NCBI GenBank assembly: GCA_001781125.1
Contig: MFKT01000009.1
Location: 126,840 to 190,839 of the forward strand
Reading direction: 5' to 3'
DNA length: 64,000 nucleotides
From: Candidatus Kaiserbacteria bacterium RIFCSPHIGHO2_01_FULL_53_29
Lineage (GTDB): Bacteria > Patescibacteriota > Minisyncoccia > Phycocordibacterales > UBA2100
Part shown: positions 18,845 through 28,185 of the stretch, in pieces
Layout: each line of letters begins with the position of its first letter
How positions within the stretch are numbered: position 1 is the stretch's first letter
Program-made: the position numbers and the translations under genes
Notes under the pieces: model-generated
Told to the model about the DNA's origin: nothing
The model's input: only the letters and a program-made list of their open reading frames with translations
The model's database searches: none

Positions 18845-19903
18845 TTAGTTTAGGCGCTGCTGTGCAAGTTCATAGGCAAGTACCTGCGCGAGTTTCGAAA
18901 GACTGTTATCTTCCACGCTCGCGCGCGCCTTCTGCCTCAGCGCATCTTTCTCTTGCGGAGGCAGTGCGAAGAGTACCTCGATGCGACCGGCGAGATCCTG
19001 TGGCGTCCCGTCAAAGACAAGACGAGGATCGGTAATATCGGCATAATCGCGGCTCGAGGCGACCGCGAGCGCCTCGCAGGCAGCGGCCTCAAAGATCGTT
19101 TTGTCATACATGCCGCTGTGGCTGCAATTTACAAACAGTTCGTGTGCGCTATACACCCCCGGTGTTCCGATATTCGGAATGCCTGGGTGAAAATGAACTA
19201 CCCTCTCGAGCTTTTTTTCTTGTACATTCCGAATTATCGAGTCGCGGTAGCTTGCATCGACCGGGAGCGCATCGCCATAGATATTGGTTTGGATGGTAAT
19301 TCCTTTCTGCTTCAAGATCCCTACTGCTTCAATGAGTATTTCAAGTCTCTTGGAGGGAGCGATCCTTCCAAGTGAAAGTATCGATCCTTTGCGCTCGACT
19401 CTTTCTATCGGCTTCCATGTGCCGGTATCAATTCCGACCGGCATCAGGATCGTTTTTTTATATTTCGCAGTATAGGAAAACCTTGATGTGCAGAATACTT
19501 TTGTACAGAGTGCCGCAGCGATGTCGGTGAGCAACGAACCCGAGTAGTGATTGCGCCACAAAAAGACTTTTTTGCCGAGTAACTTCCAGAGCAACCCGCC
19601 AAGCAAGACGTACTCCTGATTCATGTGCACGAGAACCGTGTCGTATTCGCGTCTCAATTTCCAGACATGCCGGTAAAAATTCAGAACGTAGTTCAGTTTT
19701 GAAGCTTGCTGTTCCTTGCCGAGCGAATACACCTGCACGTTCACGGGCAGATGATGCTCGCCCTGCTTTAAACAGACGACCGATATTTTTTCATAGCGCT
19801 TCGAGAATTCCCGGAGCCAACCATGAAAAAATCCGAGCACCGGATCAGCAATATCGACTGTCTGGGTGACGATGAGAAGACGGATACCCGATCGATGGTC
19901 CAT
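18845..19903 (-). CDS. GT4 glycosyltransferase
   Basis: 352 aa. Its N-terminal LLIVTQTVDIADPVLGFFHGWLREFSK is paralogous to the GT domain of the adjacent fusion protein. Confidence 0.7.
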   Translation of the reverse strand: MDHRSGIRLLIVTQTVDIADPVLGFFHGWLREFSKRYEKISVVCLKQGEHHLPVNVQVYSLGKEQQASKLNYVLNFYRHVWKLRREYDTVLVHMNQEYVLLGGLLWKLLGKKVFLWRNHYSGSLLTDIAAALCTKVFCTSRFSYTAKYKKTILMPVGIDTGTWKPIERVERKGSILSLGRIAPSKRLEILIEAVGILKQKGITIQTNIYGDALPVDASYRDSIIRNVQEKKLERVVHFHPGIPNIGTPGVYSAHELFVNCSHSGMYDKTIFEAAACEALAVASSRDYADITDPRLVFDGTPQDLAGRIEVLFALPPQEKDALRQKARASVEDNSLSKLAQVLAYELAQQRLN

Positions 19904-19908
19904 TGTGT

Positions 19909-21885
19909 TCAGCGCTGCTCGCCGCCGGGCCGCGCAAGCATTTCAAGCATCGCAGGCACAACAGACGAAAGCGAGTGTTCGCGACGCACATACGCGCTCA
20001 GCTGTGAGCGCTCCTGCTCGCGATCTTCGGCACTAAGCGCCCGCGCGCTCATGATCGCAGCGGAAACTGTTTCCTTCGTCAACTTCTCCATGAAGAATCG
20101 ATCATGTACAACGCCGCGCATTGATGGATCAGTGGTAATAACGATATTTCCTCCAGCCATCGCCTCAAGCAACGTCTTATTGAAGCCCCGAAGAGAACCT
20201 ATATGTATGAATATATCGTGCGCAGCATACACCTCCGGTGTACGGTCGTGTAGAATGCTTCCGCGGTATGTGACTGTGCCCCGACGTTCTAGTTCAGCAA
20301 ATTGTGTGCGAAGCTGTGATGCGTATTGATCGTTGCCCGGCCCCGGCCTACCATAGATGTCCAAGGTCGGCGGCTTATCCATCTCTGACAACGCGCCAAG
20401 TACAACGTCGAGATGTTTTGCCGGGGAAATACGTCCAAGAAAAAGCAAAGACCCGGATGCCCGATGTGGCTCATCGACCGCATACATATCAGTGTCGATG
20501 CCCATAGGAATTTTCCGCGCATGCGCGAATTTTGCGGCATATGAATCAGGGTTCGTGTAAAATAAGACATCTGACAGCGCGATTGCCGTACGGGTTCGCC
20601 AATTTGAAGACGCGTCGTTGTACCAGAAACCCACACGCTTCCCCAGCATACGCCAAAGAAATCCGGCTATGATCAGGTACTCCGGCGAGAGATGCACCAG
20701 TACCGTGTCGTAGTCACTGCGAGCTCCCCATGCGTACCGCAAAAAGCGGAGCGTATATAGAATACGCTTTACAACACGAAATCCACGCGCCGATTCTTTG
20801 CCAAGCGAATGCTCAATAACATTCCCGGGAAGTGAACCCGCGCCGTAGCCGAGACAGATCACGTGCACACGGTGCGCATGCCGGGCAAATTCTTCGAGCC
20901 AACGATGGAAAAATCCAAGCAAGGGGTCGGTGCGATCGATCGCCTCTGTGCACACAAGAATTTTCATCTCACCCCGCACAGAGCGTAACTTTTCGACTGC
21001 CAACTTTTTGATTGGATGATCAAGCACCTGCTTACCATACACATCCGCAAGAAGATCAAGATCTTTTCCCGATGATCGCAAAAGTTCGATATTCTTCTTT
21101 TCCATGGCATCAAGCACTGCTATACCTGATGTGTCTTTGATCTTCGTCTCGTATTCCCGACGCAAAGCAGCAACATCTTTAATAAAACAATGACCACCGG
21201 CACCGCGCCCGCTCTTGTGGACCGGACGCGCATACCGATTACATACCAATGGATCAGCTTCGATGGCGCGCTGAATCGCGTCCCAGTCAGATCCGTGCCG
21301 CTTCGCAAGTTCGTACATCAAGTTGAAAAATACGATCTGTGTATATCCACTACCGTTGTGCGTGTACTTTATAATCTCGGCCTCGGTACTCGAACAGGTA
21401 AGCGAAAATGGCGCCTTCGGGAGCAGTGTGTGAAGCTCTTCGGCTATCTTCTTTTGCGAGACAGAATCGTCTGTGAGACCGACAATATTTGAAAATGGGT
21501 GAGCCGCATCGTGCGCAGCCGTCACTTCACTTAGAAATTCCGGAGAATATACGACTACACGGTCAGGAAATTCTTTTTGGAATGTGCGTGTTGTTCCAGG
21601 GACGATCGTCGATTTAATAACTGCCGTTTTTCCACGGCCCACGAGCGATATCGCTTCGCGGACGATCCCTGCATTGAAACCATCGGGAGAGGTCGGCGTA
21701 GGAACCGCTATCAATACATAGTCACAATCCTTGATTTTCTCTTTATTCCCCCGATATGGCTCTTCGAGCGCGTAGCGCACAATGGGATGACCACGGCGCT
21801 CAAAATCATCGGCATAATTCTTGCCGATGAATCCTTGACCAATGAAGCCGATGAGGGGACTTTTACTCGTCATATGAAACTGCAT
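19909..21885 (-). CDS. Fusion: UDP-glucose/GDP-mannose 6-dehydrogenase-like N-terminal (NAD-binding + central domain) + GT4 glycosyltransferase
   Basis: The N-terminus has IGFIGQGFIGKNYA (Rossmann) and GGHCFIKDV (UGDH catalytic-Cys motif) but apparently lacks the C-terminal UDP-binding domain. From about aa 300, MKILVCTEAIDRTDPLLGFFHRWLEEF begins a GT4 domain with a C-terminal EAMAGGNIVITTD. Confidence 0.7.
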   Translation of the reverse strand: MQFHMTSKSPLIGFIGQGFIGKNYADDFERRGHPIVRYALEEPYRGNKEKIKDCDYVLIAVPTPTSPDGFNAGIVREAISLVGRGKTAVIKSTIVPGTTRTFQKEFPDRVVVYSPEFLSEVTAAHDAAHPFSNIVGLTDDSVSQKKIAEELHTLLPKAPFSLTCSSTEAEIIKYTHNGSGYTQIVFFNLMYELAKRHGSDWDAIQRAIEADPLVCNRYARPVHKSGRGAGGHCFIKDVAALRREYETKIKDTSGIAVLDAMEKKNIELLRSSGKDLDLLADVYGKQVLDHPIKKLAVEKLRSVRGEMKILVCTEAIDRTDPLLGFFHRWLEEFARHAHRVHVICLGYGAGSLPGNVIEHSLGKESARGFRVVKRILYTLRFLRYAWGARSDYDTVLVHLSPEYLIIAGFLWRMLGKRVGFWYNDASSNWRTRTAIALSDVLFYTNPDSYAAKFAHARKIPMGIDTDMYAVDEPHRASGSLLFLGRISPAKHLDVVLGALSEMDKPPTLDIYGRPGPGNDQYASQLRTQFAELERRGTVTYRGSILHDRTPEVYAAHDIFIHIGSLRGFNKTLLEAMAGGNIVITTDPSMRGVVHDRFFMEKLTKETVSAAIMSARALSAEDREQERSQLSAYVRREHSLSSVVPAMLEMLARPGGEQR

Positions 21886-21893
21886 TGTAGCGG

Positions 21894-22991
21894 CTATTTG
21901 CTATCCGCGCACGCAGCTATGTCAGCACAGTACGCCGCGATGTATTCGTCAAAATTTTTGTACTGATAGTTTTTGAGCTCGGCTGTTCGCGGGCCACTTT
22001 TGAACCATTCTAAAAGGGCGTTTGGAAATTCTTCAGGCTTGGCAATAATGGCTCCCGCCTCGCGGGCGATGCCGACATCGGTCGAGAGGACGGGTTTCCC
22101 TGCCGCAAGCGCTTCAATGATTACCATACCGTAGCCATCGTATTTGGACGGGAAGAGAACGAGGTCGGTAAGCGCATAATAGGGTGCGACATCTTTTCCA
22201 TCCTCAAAGAAAACACGGTCGGAGATTCCGAGATGGCGCGCGAGCCTCTCAAGGCTCCCGCGCTCGCTCCCCCCACCCACAACTATCAAACATGCAGATT
22301 GAGGTTTGACCTCACTGAAAGAACGGATCGCAAGCGCGACATTTTTCTCCGGCTCGAGACGCGACACCACGAGAAGTTTGTTCTTGTATGCGGAAAAGCG
22401 TTTCGCAAGCGCAAAGTCCTGCAGCCCAACGCGGATAGAATCGATATCGACAAAAATTGGCAGAACTGCGATCGGGGCCCGGACCGCATACCGCACCTCG
22501 ATACTTTTCTTTATGCGCTCCGAGACAACGCGTATGCGCGAGGCGCGCCGCAACACAAATCCGGCAAGGCGAACGCGGAGTCGGTTCAAGAGTGAAAGAC
22601 GCGCGTATTCAGGCGAGAGAAAATCCGTATGCACCTGTACGTGCAGAGGCACAGCTTTCATCAAGGAAATAAGCCATCCTATAAGCCCCGTCTCAAATGG
22701 ATCCTGCCCCGATACGACATCCGGTCGCGGCAATGTTCGCGCAATACGAAGCGCGTCCCATCCGAACAATAGTTTGGAGGCGGAGTTTGTTGGCATTACG
22801 CGCAGCGGGCCAGTCTCAATCTTCCGTGCACCATCAAAGCGCAGAGAAAATCCGATGATGTCCAGATTGCCGAATCGGGCGGCGTACGCTTCCTGCCGTT
22901 TGAATGCCGGAGAATCTCGGTGAAGAATACCCCTCTTTGATCGGTCAGAGCCGATTTGTAATATTCTCACCCCGTTAGAAGTCATGAGCAA
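21894..22991 (-). CDS. GT4 glycosyltransferase
   Basis: 365 aa with a GT-B fold; the C-terminal motif is EALAAGKPVLSTDVG. Confidence 0.75.
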   Translation of the reverse strand: MLMTSNGVRILQIGSDRSKRGILHRDSPAFKRQEAYAARFGNLDIIGFSLRFDGARKIETGPLRVMPTNSASKLLFGWDALRIARTLPRPDVVSGQDPFETGLIGWLISLMKAVPLHVQVHTDFLSPEYARLSLLNRLRVRLAGFVLRRASRIRVVSERIKKSIEVRYAVRAPIAVLPIFVDIDSIRVGLQDFALAKRFSAYKNKLLVVSRLEPEKNVALAIRSFSEVKPQSACLIVVGGGSERGSLERLARHLGISDRVFFEDGKDVAPYYALTDLVLFPSKYDGYGMVIIEALAAGKPVLSTDVGIAREAGAIIAKPEEFPNALLEWFKSGPRTAELKNYQYKNFDEYIAAYCADIAACADSK

Positions 22992-23066
22992 AAAAGAACT
23001 TTAGTCTGTTCTTAAGATACCGTCGACCTTGGACGTATACATACCAGCTTTGACTTTTAACGGGGC

Positions 23067-24074
23067 TCATACAGGAAGCAGCGATAGGAGTTCCTTGGCA
23101 ACCTCATCAAAGGTACGAACTTCGGTAAAGGCGGCAATCTTTTTCTTCAGACGTTCATACTCTTCTTTGTCCGCGAGCCGCTCGATCCCTTTTGTTATGT
23201 CATCCTCATCAAGCGGGTCGATGATCACGCCGTACCCGCCAAACCGTTCCGCATACCCCGAGTATTTTGTGAGTAAAAACGGTTTGCCACAGCGCAGAGC
23301 GTCGAGAACCATATTTGGTGCGACTTCGGATATCGAGGGAATGGCAACTGCATATGCGCTTCGGATCCGTTCGATGAGCATATCATGCGGGACACTACCC
23401 TCTTCGAGCTCGAATCGTACTCCTCGAGCCCGCGCTTTCGCGAACGCGCGTTTGAATCCGTCCGAATTCTTGAGTGCGATGTTCCTGCCGTAGAGCAATA
23501 CTTTGGTGTCTGCGCCCTGTGCGGGAAGCCGCTCGCCGATCACGTTCTCGACGACCGCCGCGCGGGATGCGTTCACACGATACGGCATGCGCCATATATC
23601 AAAGAGCCACCGCGTGTTGAACGCAAGAGTGGCCCGATCGAGCATAGAGCGCACCAGGTAAAAAGAAAGACGCTCTCTGAAGTTCAGCCTCGGAGGGCTG
23701 CGATAGAACAAAGGGAGCGGTATGAGTTCCTTTGTCCTCTCGATGTACGTTTCCCACACAAAGTCTCCGCCGATGCGGATAACCACCGGAATTCGGCGCA
23801 TCATGCCGACCAGCGCCGAGGGAACGCCGGCGCTGTACGTATCGAACGCGAAGATGGCGCGTGCACCCCGTGTCGCCCGGAAGAGTTTCCACACATAGAA
23901 AAGATGCCTGATGCCGGAAGGGTATTTCTTGAGCTCACTGAAAAGCAGGAGAGGTGCCTCGTGTCCCATGCGAATGAGTGCGCGCTCGACGCCTTGTGCG
24001 TAGAGTGCGGGACCACCCACTTCCGGTGGATAGATCCCCGTTGCAATGACGATGCGCATAGGCGCATCGTACAC
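23067..24074 (-). CDS. GT4 glycosyltransferase
   Basis: 335 aa. RIVIATGIYPPEVGGPALYAQ is an N-terminal GT4 motif. Confidence 0.75.
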   Translation of the reverse strand: MYDAPMRIVIATGIYPPEVGGPALYAQGVERALIRMGHEAPLLLFSELKKYPSGIRHLFYVWKLFRATRGARAIFAFDTYSAGVPSALVGMMRRIPVVIRIGGDFVWETYIERTKELIPLPLFYRSPPRLNFRERLSFYLVRSMLDRATLAFNTRWLFDIWRMPYRVNASRAAVVENVIGERLPAQGADTKVLLYGRNIALKNSDGFKRAFAKARARGVRFELEEGSVPHDMLIERIRSAYAVAIPSISEVAPNMVLDALRCGKPFLLTKYSGYAERFGGYGVIIDPLDEDDITKGIERLADKEEYERLKKKIAAFTEVRTFDEVAKELLSLLPV

Positions 24075-24113
24075 GAGATGCAGGGTGTATCAAGAGTCCG
24101 GAGGGCGGAAAAC

Positions 24114-25118
24114 CTATTGTTTTGGCTCCTTCAGATCGGCGAGAAAATCCCGATGTTCCAAAAACCATTTGGCAAAACGTGCAATGCCTTCTTCGATAGA
24201 AACCTGCGGCCTGAAGCCAAGTTCGCGGCGCGCTTTCGAACAGTCGGCGACCGTTTCCGGCACATCGCCCGCCTGGAGGGCTTTTAGTATCTTTTTTGCG
24301 CGCTTACCGAATTGCTTTTCTATAAGCCCGACAAAATGTTTGAGCGGGACGGTTTCGGATCCTCCGAGATTGTAGATCTCGCAGCGGCCTTTCGGCGCAC
24401 GTTCGATGGTACTGACAACGCCGCGAACGATGTCGTCGATGTAGGTGAAGCTCCGCTTCATGTTGCCCCGATTGTAGAGTTCGATGGGACGATCCTGAAG
24501 AATGCGGCGCGCGAATTTAAAGAGCGCCATATCGGGACGTCCCCATGGGCCGTACACGGTAAAGAAACGCAATCCGATCATCTCGGTTTTGAAGAGATGG
24601 TGGTACGCGCGCGCGAGGATCTCATTCCCGCGTTTGGTTGCGCCATAGATCGACACGGGAAGGTCGGTCCGGTCGCTTTCCTGAAAGGGTTGCTTCGAGT
24701 TCGCGCCATAGACCGAGCTGGAAGACGCGTACACGACGCGCGGCAGGCGGAATTGCCGCGCTATTTCAAATATGTTGAGCGTGCCCAGATAATTGGTGTC
24801 GGCATATATCCACGGGTTGACGAGCGAGTAGCGCACACCCGCCTGCGCTGCGAGGTGCACGATCTCGTCGGGATGCTCGGCTTTCATGACTCGCTTGAGC
24901 GCAGGATATGAAGCAACAGAGGCCTTTACAAAGTGGAACGCGGAGAACTTCCCAAGCATCGCGAGACGCCTTTTTTTCAAACGTACATCGTAGTATGACG
25001 TGACAGCATCATATCCCACGACCCTATATCCGCGATTAAGCAGCTCTTTTGCAACGTGAAAACCAATAAAGCCTGCCGCGCCTGTCACAAGCACCGTTCT
25101 CTTTTTTTTCGCACTCAT
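24114..25118 (-). CDS. UDP-glucuronate 4-epimerase-like NAD-dependent epimerase (CapI/WbnF/GLA family)
   Basis: VLVTGAAGFIGFHV, LVNPWIYADTNYLGTLNIFE and YGATKRGNE resemble UDP-GlcA 4-epimerases. Confidence 0.7.
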   Translation of the reverse strand: MSAKKKRTVLVTGAAGFIGFHVAKELLNRGYRVVGYDAVTSYYDVRLKKRRLAMLGKFSAFHFVKASVASYPALKRVMKAEHPDEIVHLAAQAGVRYSLVNPWIYADTNYLGTLNIFEIARQFRLPRVVYASSSSVYGANSKQPFQESDRTDLPVSIYGATKRGNEILARAYHHLFKTEMIGLRFFTVYGPWGRPDMALFKFARRILQDRPIELYNRGNMKRSFTYIDDIVRGVVSTIERAPKGRCEIYNLGGSETVPLKHFVGLIEKQFGKRAKKILKALQAGDVPETVADCSKARRELGFRPQVSIEEGIARFAKWFLEHRDFLADLKEPKQ

Positions 25119-25169
25119 GACTGAGAGCCTATCACAAAGCGCCGCTCGACAAAAAGGGGCTCATTGTCC

Positions 25170-26381
25170 TCATACGTTATGCCCCTGTTTCATGAGCGGT
25201 TCAAAAACCTTTTCTTTCATACCCTTTGCAATGCTGTTCCAGTCATATTTTTCTGCGACGAGTTTTCTTGCATTCGCGACAATGCGCGCAACGAGTGCAG
25301 GGTCATCCGTATACCGCATGACCGCATGCGCGACAGACTGTGGATCCTGAACTTCGCAAAAAAGTCCCGTTGCTCCGTCGGTGAGAAAATCTGGAATACC
25401 CCCGACGGGAGTCGCGACTACTGGAATTCCCGCGGCAAATGCTTCCACAAAAGCACTCCCGAATCCTTCGATGAGAGACGGTCGCACGAATATATCGGAG
25501 ATCTTAAAATACGCGGGCAGCTCGCTGTGGTCGATATGCCCCGCAAAGATCACCCGGTCGTCGACCTTTAGCCCGATCGCAATGTGATGGAGTTTCTCCC
25601 GATCTTCGCCGTTCCCCGCGATCAATAATTTCACATGCTTCGGTAAATAAACGAGAGCTTGGATAATGTCCTCGACACCTCGCGAGAGGACAAGGCGGCT
25701 GACAGTAACGACAAATACCTCGCCCATTCTTTTGTTGAACAGCATCTTTAATTCCGTGAGCTTCTCTTCGGGAATCGGAGCGGAGAACTTCGCGACATCC
25801 ACGCCGTTGGGGATGACGAAAACCTTGCCGGCGTAACCTGTTTCCCGTGTGATCTTCTCGATGAAGTGGGAAATGGTTTTGATAACGTTTGCTTTCAAAT
25901 AGATTTCTTTATAGAGCCACCACAGAGGATACAGTATGCGTCGTCGCGCTGTCATAGAGGATAGCGGCGTACCATCCTGAAGCTCTAAGAAGTATGGAGT
26001 ATTCGGATGGGCGTATTTGAAAAAAAGTGCAGCAAATCCTGCCTGATTGGCCATCAGAGCCCATGTCGCGTCGTATTTGTTTTGTCGGTACAGAAAAATT
26101 GCTTTGAGAAAAGCAGTGAACGGGAACAACAATTTTGCGAGACGACACTGCCACGGAAGTGAGCGGTCCGAGACCTTGGCGTTGTGTGCAGTAAAGCCGA
26201 TGCGGTGTACGGTCACATTCCCTACCCGCTCGACTTTCGGCAGATTGCGATCGAACCGCAGGGTGATCATGTCGAAGGAATATTCGTTCGGATCGAGACG
26301 ATCCGTCACATGCTTGATAGCGAGCTCCGCCCCGCCAATGTACGGAACATACGCGAGCGAAAAAATGAGGATCCGCTTCAT
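25170..26381 (-). CDS. GT4 glycosyltransferase
   Basis: 403 aa. ILIFSLAYVPYIGGAELAI at the N-terminus and VEAFAAGIPVVATPVGGIPDF near the C-terminus. Confidence 0.8.
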   Translation of the reverse strand: MKRILIFSLAYVPYIGGAELAIKHVTDRLDPNEYSFDMITLRFDRNLPKVERVGNVTVHRIGFTAHNAKVSDRSLPWQCRLAKLLFPFTAFLKAIFLYRQNKYDATWALMANQAGFAALFFKYAHPNTPYFLELQDGTPLSSMTARRRILYPLWWLYKEIYLKANVIKTISHFIEKITRETGYAGKVFVIPNGVDVAKFSAPIPEEKLTELKMLFNKRMGEVFVVTVSRLVLSRGVEDIIQALVYLPKHVKLLIAGNGEDREKLHHIAIGLKVDDRVIFAGHIDHSELPAYFKISDIFVRPSLIEGFGSAFVEAFAAGIPVVATPVGGIPDFLTDGATGLFCEVQDPQSVAHAVMRYTDDPALVARIVANARKLVAEKYDWNSIAKGMKEKVFEPLMKQGHNV

Positions 26382-27250
26382 TGCTTTTTCTGCGCTTTTA
26401 GCGATTCGATATATTCGCGCACGGTGTGTTCCGGCTTCCAGCCGAATTCTTTTTCGACACGGGAGGTATCAATGGTAGGCTCTGTGCGATTGCCTTTGCG
26501 CTCAGGCACCATCACAATATTGTCAGTAAACATTTTCGCGAGTTCAAGGATCGAATAGGACTCCGGACTTCCGATACCATAGTCGTCACCGCTTCCCTTT
26601 TCACCGACCATAAGAAGTGCGCGAGTAGTGTCTTCGACGTGCGTAAAATTCCGACGCTGCGTGCCCGGCGAGACAACTGTAATCGGTTCACCCCTCCGAT
26701 ACTGCTCTTTGAACCAGCCAATCACTGATGCATAAGGGCCCTCGGAGAGTTCGCGCGGTCCGTAATTGTTGAAAAAATACGTTATCGCAAAGGGGAGATT
26801 GAACCATGCGCCATAGTTGCGCACGAGTTCGGTATTGGTCGCTTTCATCCACGCATAGGGGCTTTGATCGCGTCCGAGACCATTATCGGCGAATTTGGTC
26901 GAAGAACCCGCATACAGGAGTCTGCACCCGCGTTTGCGCCAATACTCGAGGACGCTGAATGTCCCCGAGACATTGAGATCCCATACCGTTGCGATATCGT
27001 CGAAACTTTGCTCGACCCGCGAATATTCACCGAGGTGGAAAATGATGGTGGGATTTTCTTTTCCGAGCAATGATTCTATATTTTTTGTGTGTCCTTCGAC
27101 ATATTCCGCACCTTCGATGTGATTCCCCTTATTGCCCAGAAAATAATTGTCCAGTGATACGACGCGGTATTTCTTTAACAAAAGCTCAATAAGATTGGAA
27201 CCGATGAGTCCTGCCCCACCGGTAACAATGACCGTCTGTTTTTCCGCCAT
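26378..27250 (-). CDS. NAD-dependent epimerase/dehydratase (GalE-like short form)
   Basis: VIVTGGAGLIGSNLIELL, and YAWMKATNE supplies YxxxK. Confidence 0.7.
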   Translation of the reverse strand: MAEKQTVIVTGGAGLIGSNLIELLLKKYRVVSLDNYFLGNKGNHIEGAEYVEGHTKNIESLLGKENPTIIFHLGEYSRVEQSFDDIATVWDLNVSGTFSVLEYWRKRGCRLLYAGSSTKFADNGLGRDQSPYAWMKATNTELVRNYGAWFNLPFAITYFFNNYGPRELSEGPYASVIGWFKEQYRRGEPITVVSPGTQRRNFTHVEDTTRALLMVGEKGSGDDYGIGSPESYSILELAKMFTDNIVMVPERKGNRTEPTIDTSRVEKEFGWKPEHTVREYIESLKAQKKQ

Positions 27251-27264
27251 AGCGCAAGCTTACC

Positions 27265-28185
27265 TCACTCGGCTTTTTCTTCAATGATGTTCCAATCATT
27301 CTTGCCATATCGCTTCGCGGCAACGATGGATGCCGCTGCAAGCAGCGCGAGCCCTGCAGCAGCCGCCCACCAGAGGTAGGAACTATTCGAGGCCGGTGCG
27401 GCCGCAGCGGCAGTGTCTGCGGTTGCCACTTGTTCGGGATCGGCTTCGGAAACGGGAACATCGGGAAGCGTGTTCGCAACATACGTGGGATCTGCCGGCG
27501 CAGATTTTGCTGCGGACTTTTTCGTGGTCGTCTTGGTCTTTGTTTTTGCTATCGGTGCTGCCTTCGGTGGAGGTGGTGGAATCACGTTGATAGACATAGC
27601 AGTGCCGGGGCTGGGTGAGCGTGCGATAAACGATGCATCTCCCGGTGCACGATTGAGAGAATTGCCGTCACCTGCGGCCCCAAGGGAGCTTTGATATGAA
27701 ACTGAATTGATATCGGTGCTGCTCGCAGTATGGAGCGCGATCGTCTCGCCGTCATTCCCCAAACTAAACGTGCTGTCAAAAAGTTGACCGGAAAAGTTTG
27801 GCCAATCTGCCCTGAACTTTGCCGAATTGTCTGCAATCACCGCATACGTACTTGGTGCAATCGAATCCCCGCCCGAAACGGCAGCGATCTTGTGATTCGT
27901 CCCGTTCTCAAACATCTTCCAACCGGTTAATTTCACGGGAGCTGTGCCAGAGTTAAATATTTCGATCCACTCGCGGCCCGAATCCGAGCCGCTCGAAAGA
28001 TCGTACATTATTTCGGTAATCACGACCTGCCCCGACGGTACCGTCGGGGCTTGTGCAAACGCTGCGCCTGGCATGAGCCCGACAATCACGAGTGCGCCGT
28101 AGAAAAATATATTACTGCGCAGAGTCGTCTCCGCCGCGCAGTACCCGCTGGAGTTCCTCGTGCGAGATCTCACCGTTTTGACCAT
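27265..28185 (-). CDS. Membrane-anchored lamin-tail-domain (LTD) protein with Lys/Thr/Pro-rich linker
   Basis: Within ORF 27265..28776, the real start is probably M at about 28185 (MVKTVRSRTRNSSGY...IFFYGALVIVGLMPGAAFAQA, a signal peptide). VVITEIMYDLSSGSDSGREWIEIFNSGTAPVKLTGWK is an LTD signature. The C-terminus (YLWWAAAAGLALLAAASIVAAKRYGKN) is a TM anchor. The first 197 codons of the ORF read a different frame of the upstream gene's tail. Confidence 0.6.
   Translation of the reverse strand: MVKTVRSRTRNSSGYCAAETTLRSNIFFYGALVIVGLMPGAAFAQAPTVPSGQVVITEIMYDLSSGSDSGREWIEIFNSGTAPVKLTGWKMFENGTNHKIAAVSGGDSIAPSTYAVIADNSAKFRADWPNFSGQLFDSTFSLGNDGETIALHTASSTDINSVSYQSSLGAAGDGNSLNRAPGDASFIARSPSPGTAMSINVIPPPPPKAAPIAKTKTKTTTKKSAAKSAPADPTYVANTLPDVPVSEADPEQVATADTAAAAAPASNSSYLWWAAAAGLALLAAASIVAAKRYGKNDWNIIEEKAE

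Noticed and set aside
23385-24287. 300-aa plus-strand ORF
   Set aside because: Antisense to a GT4 gene and the start of the epimerase gene. Its Arg/His-rich composition is typical of a GC-rich antisense frame.
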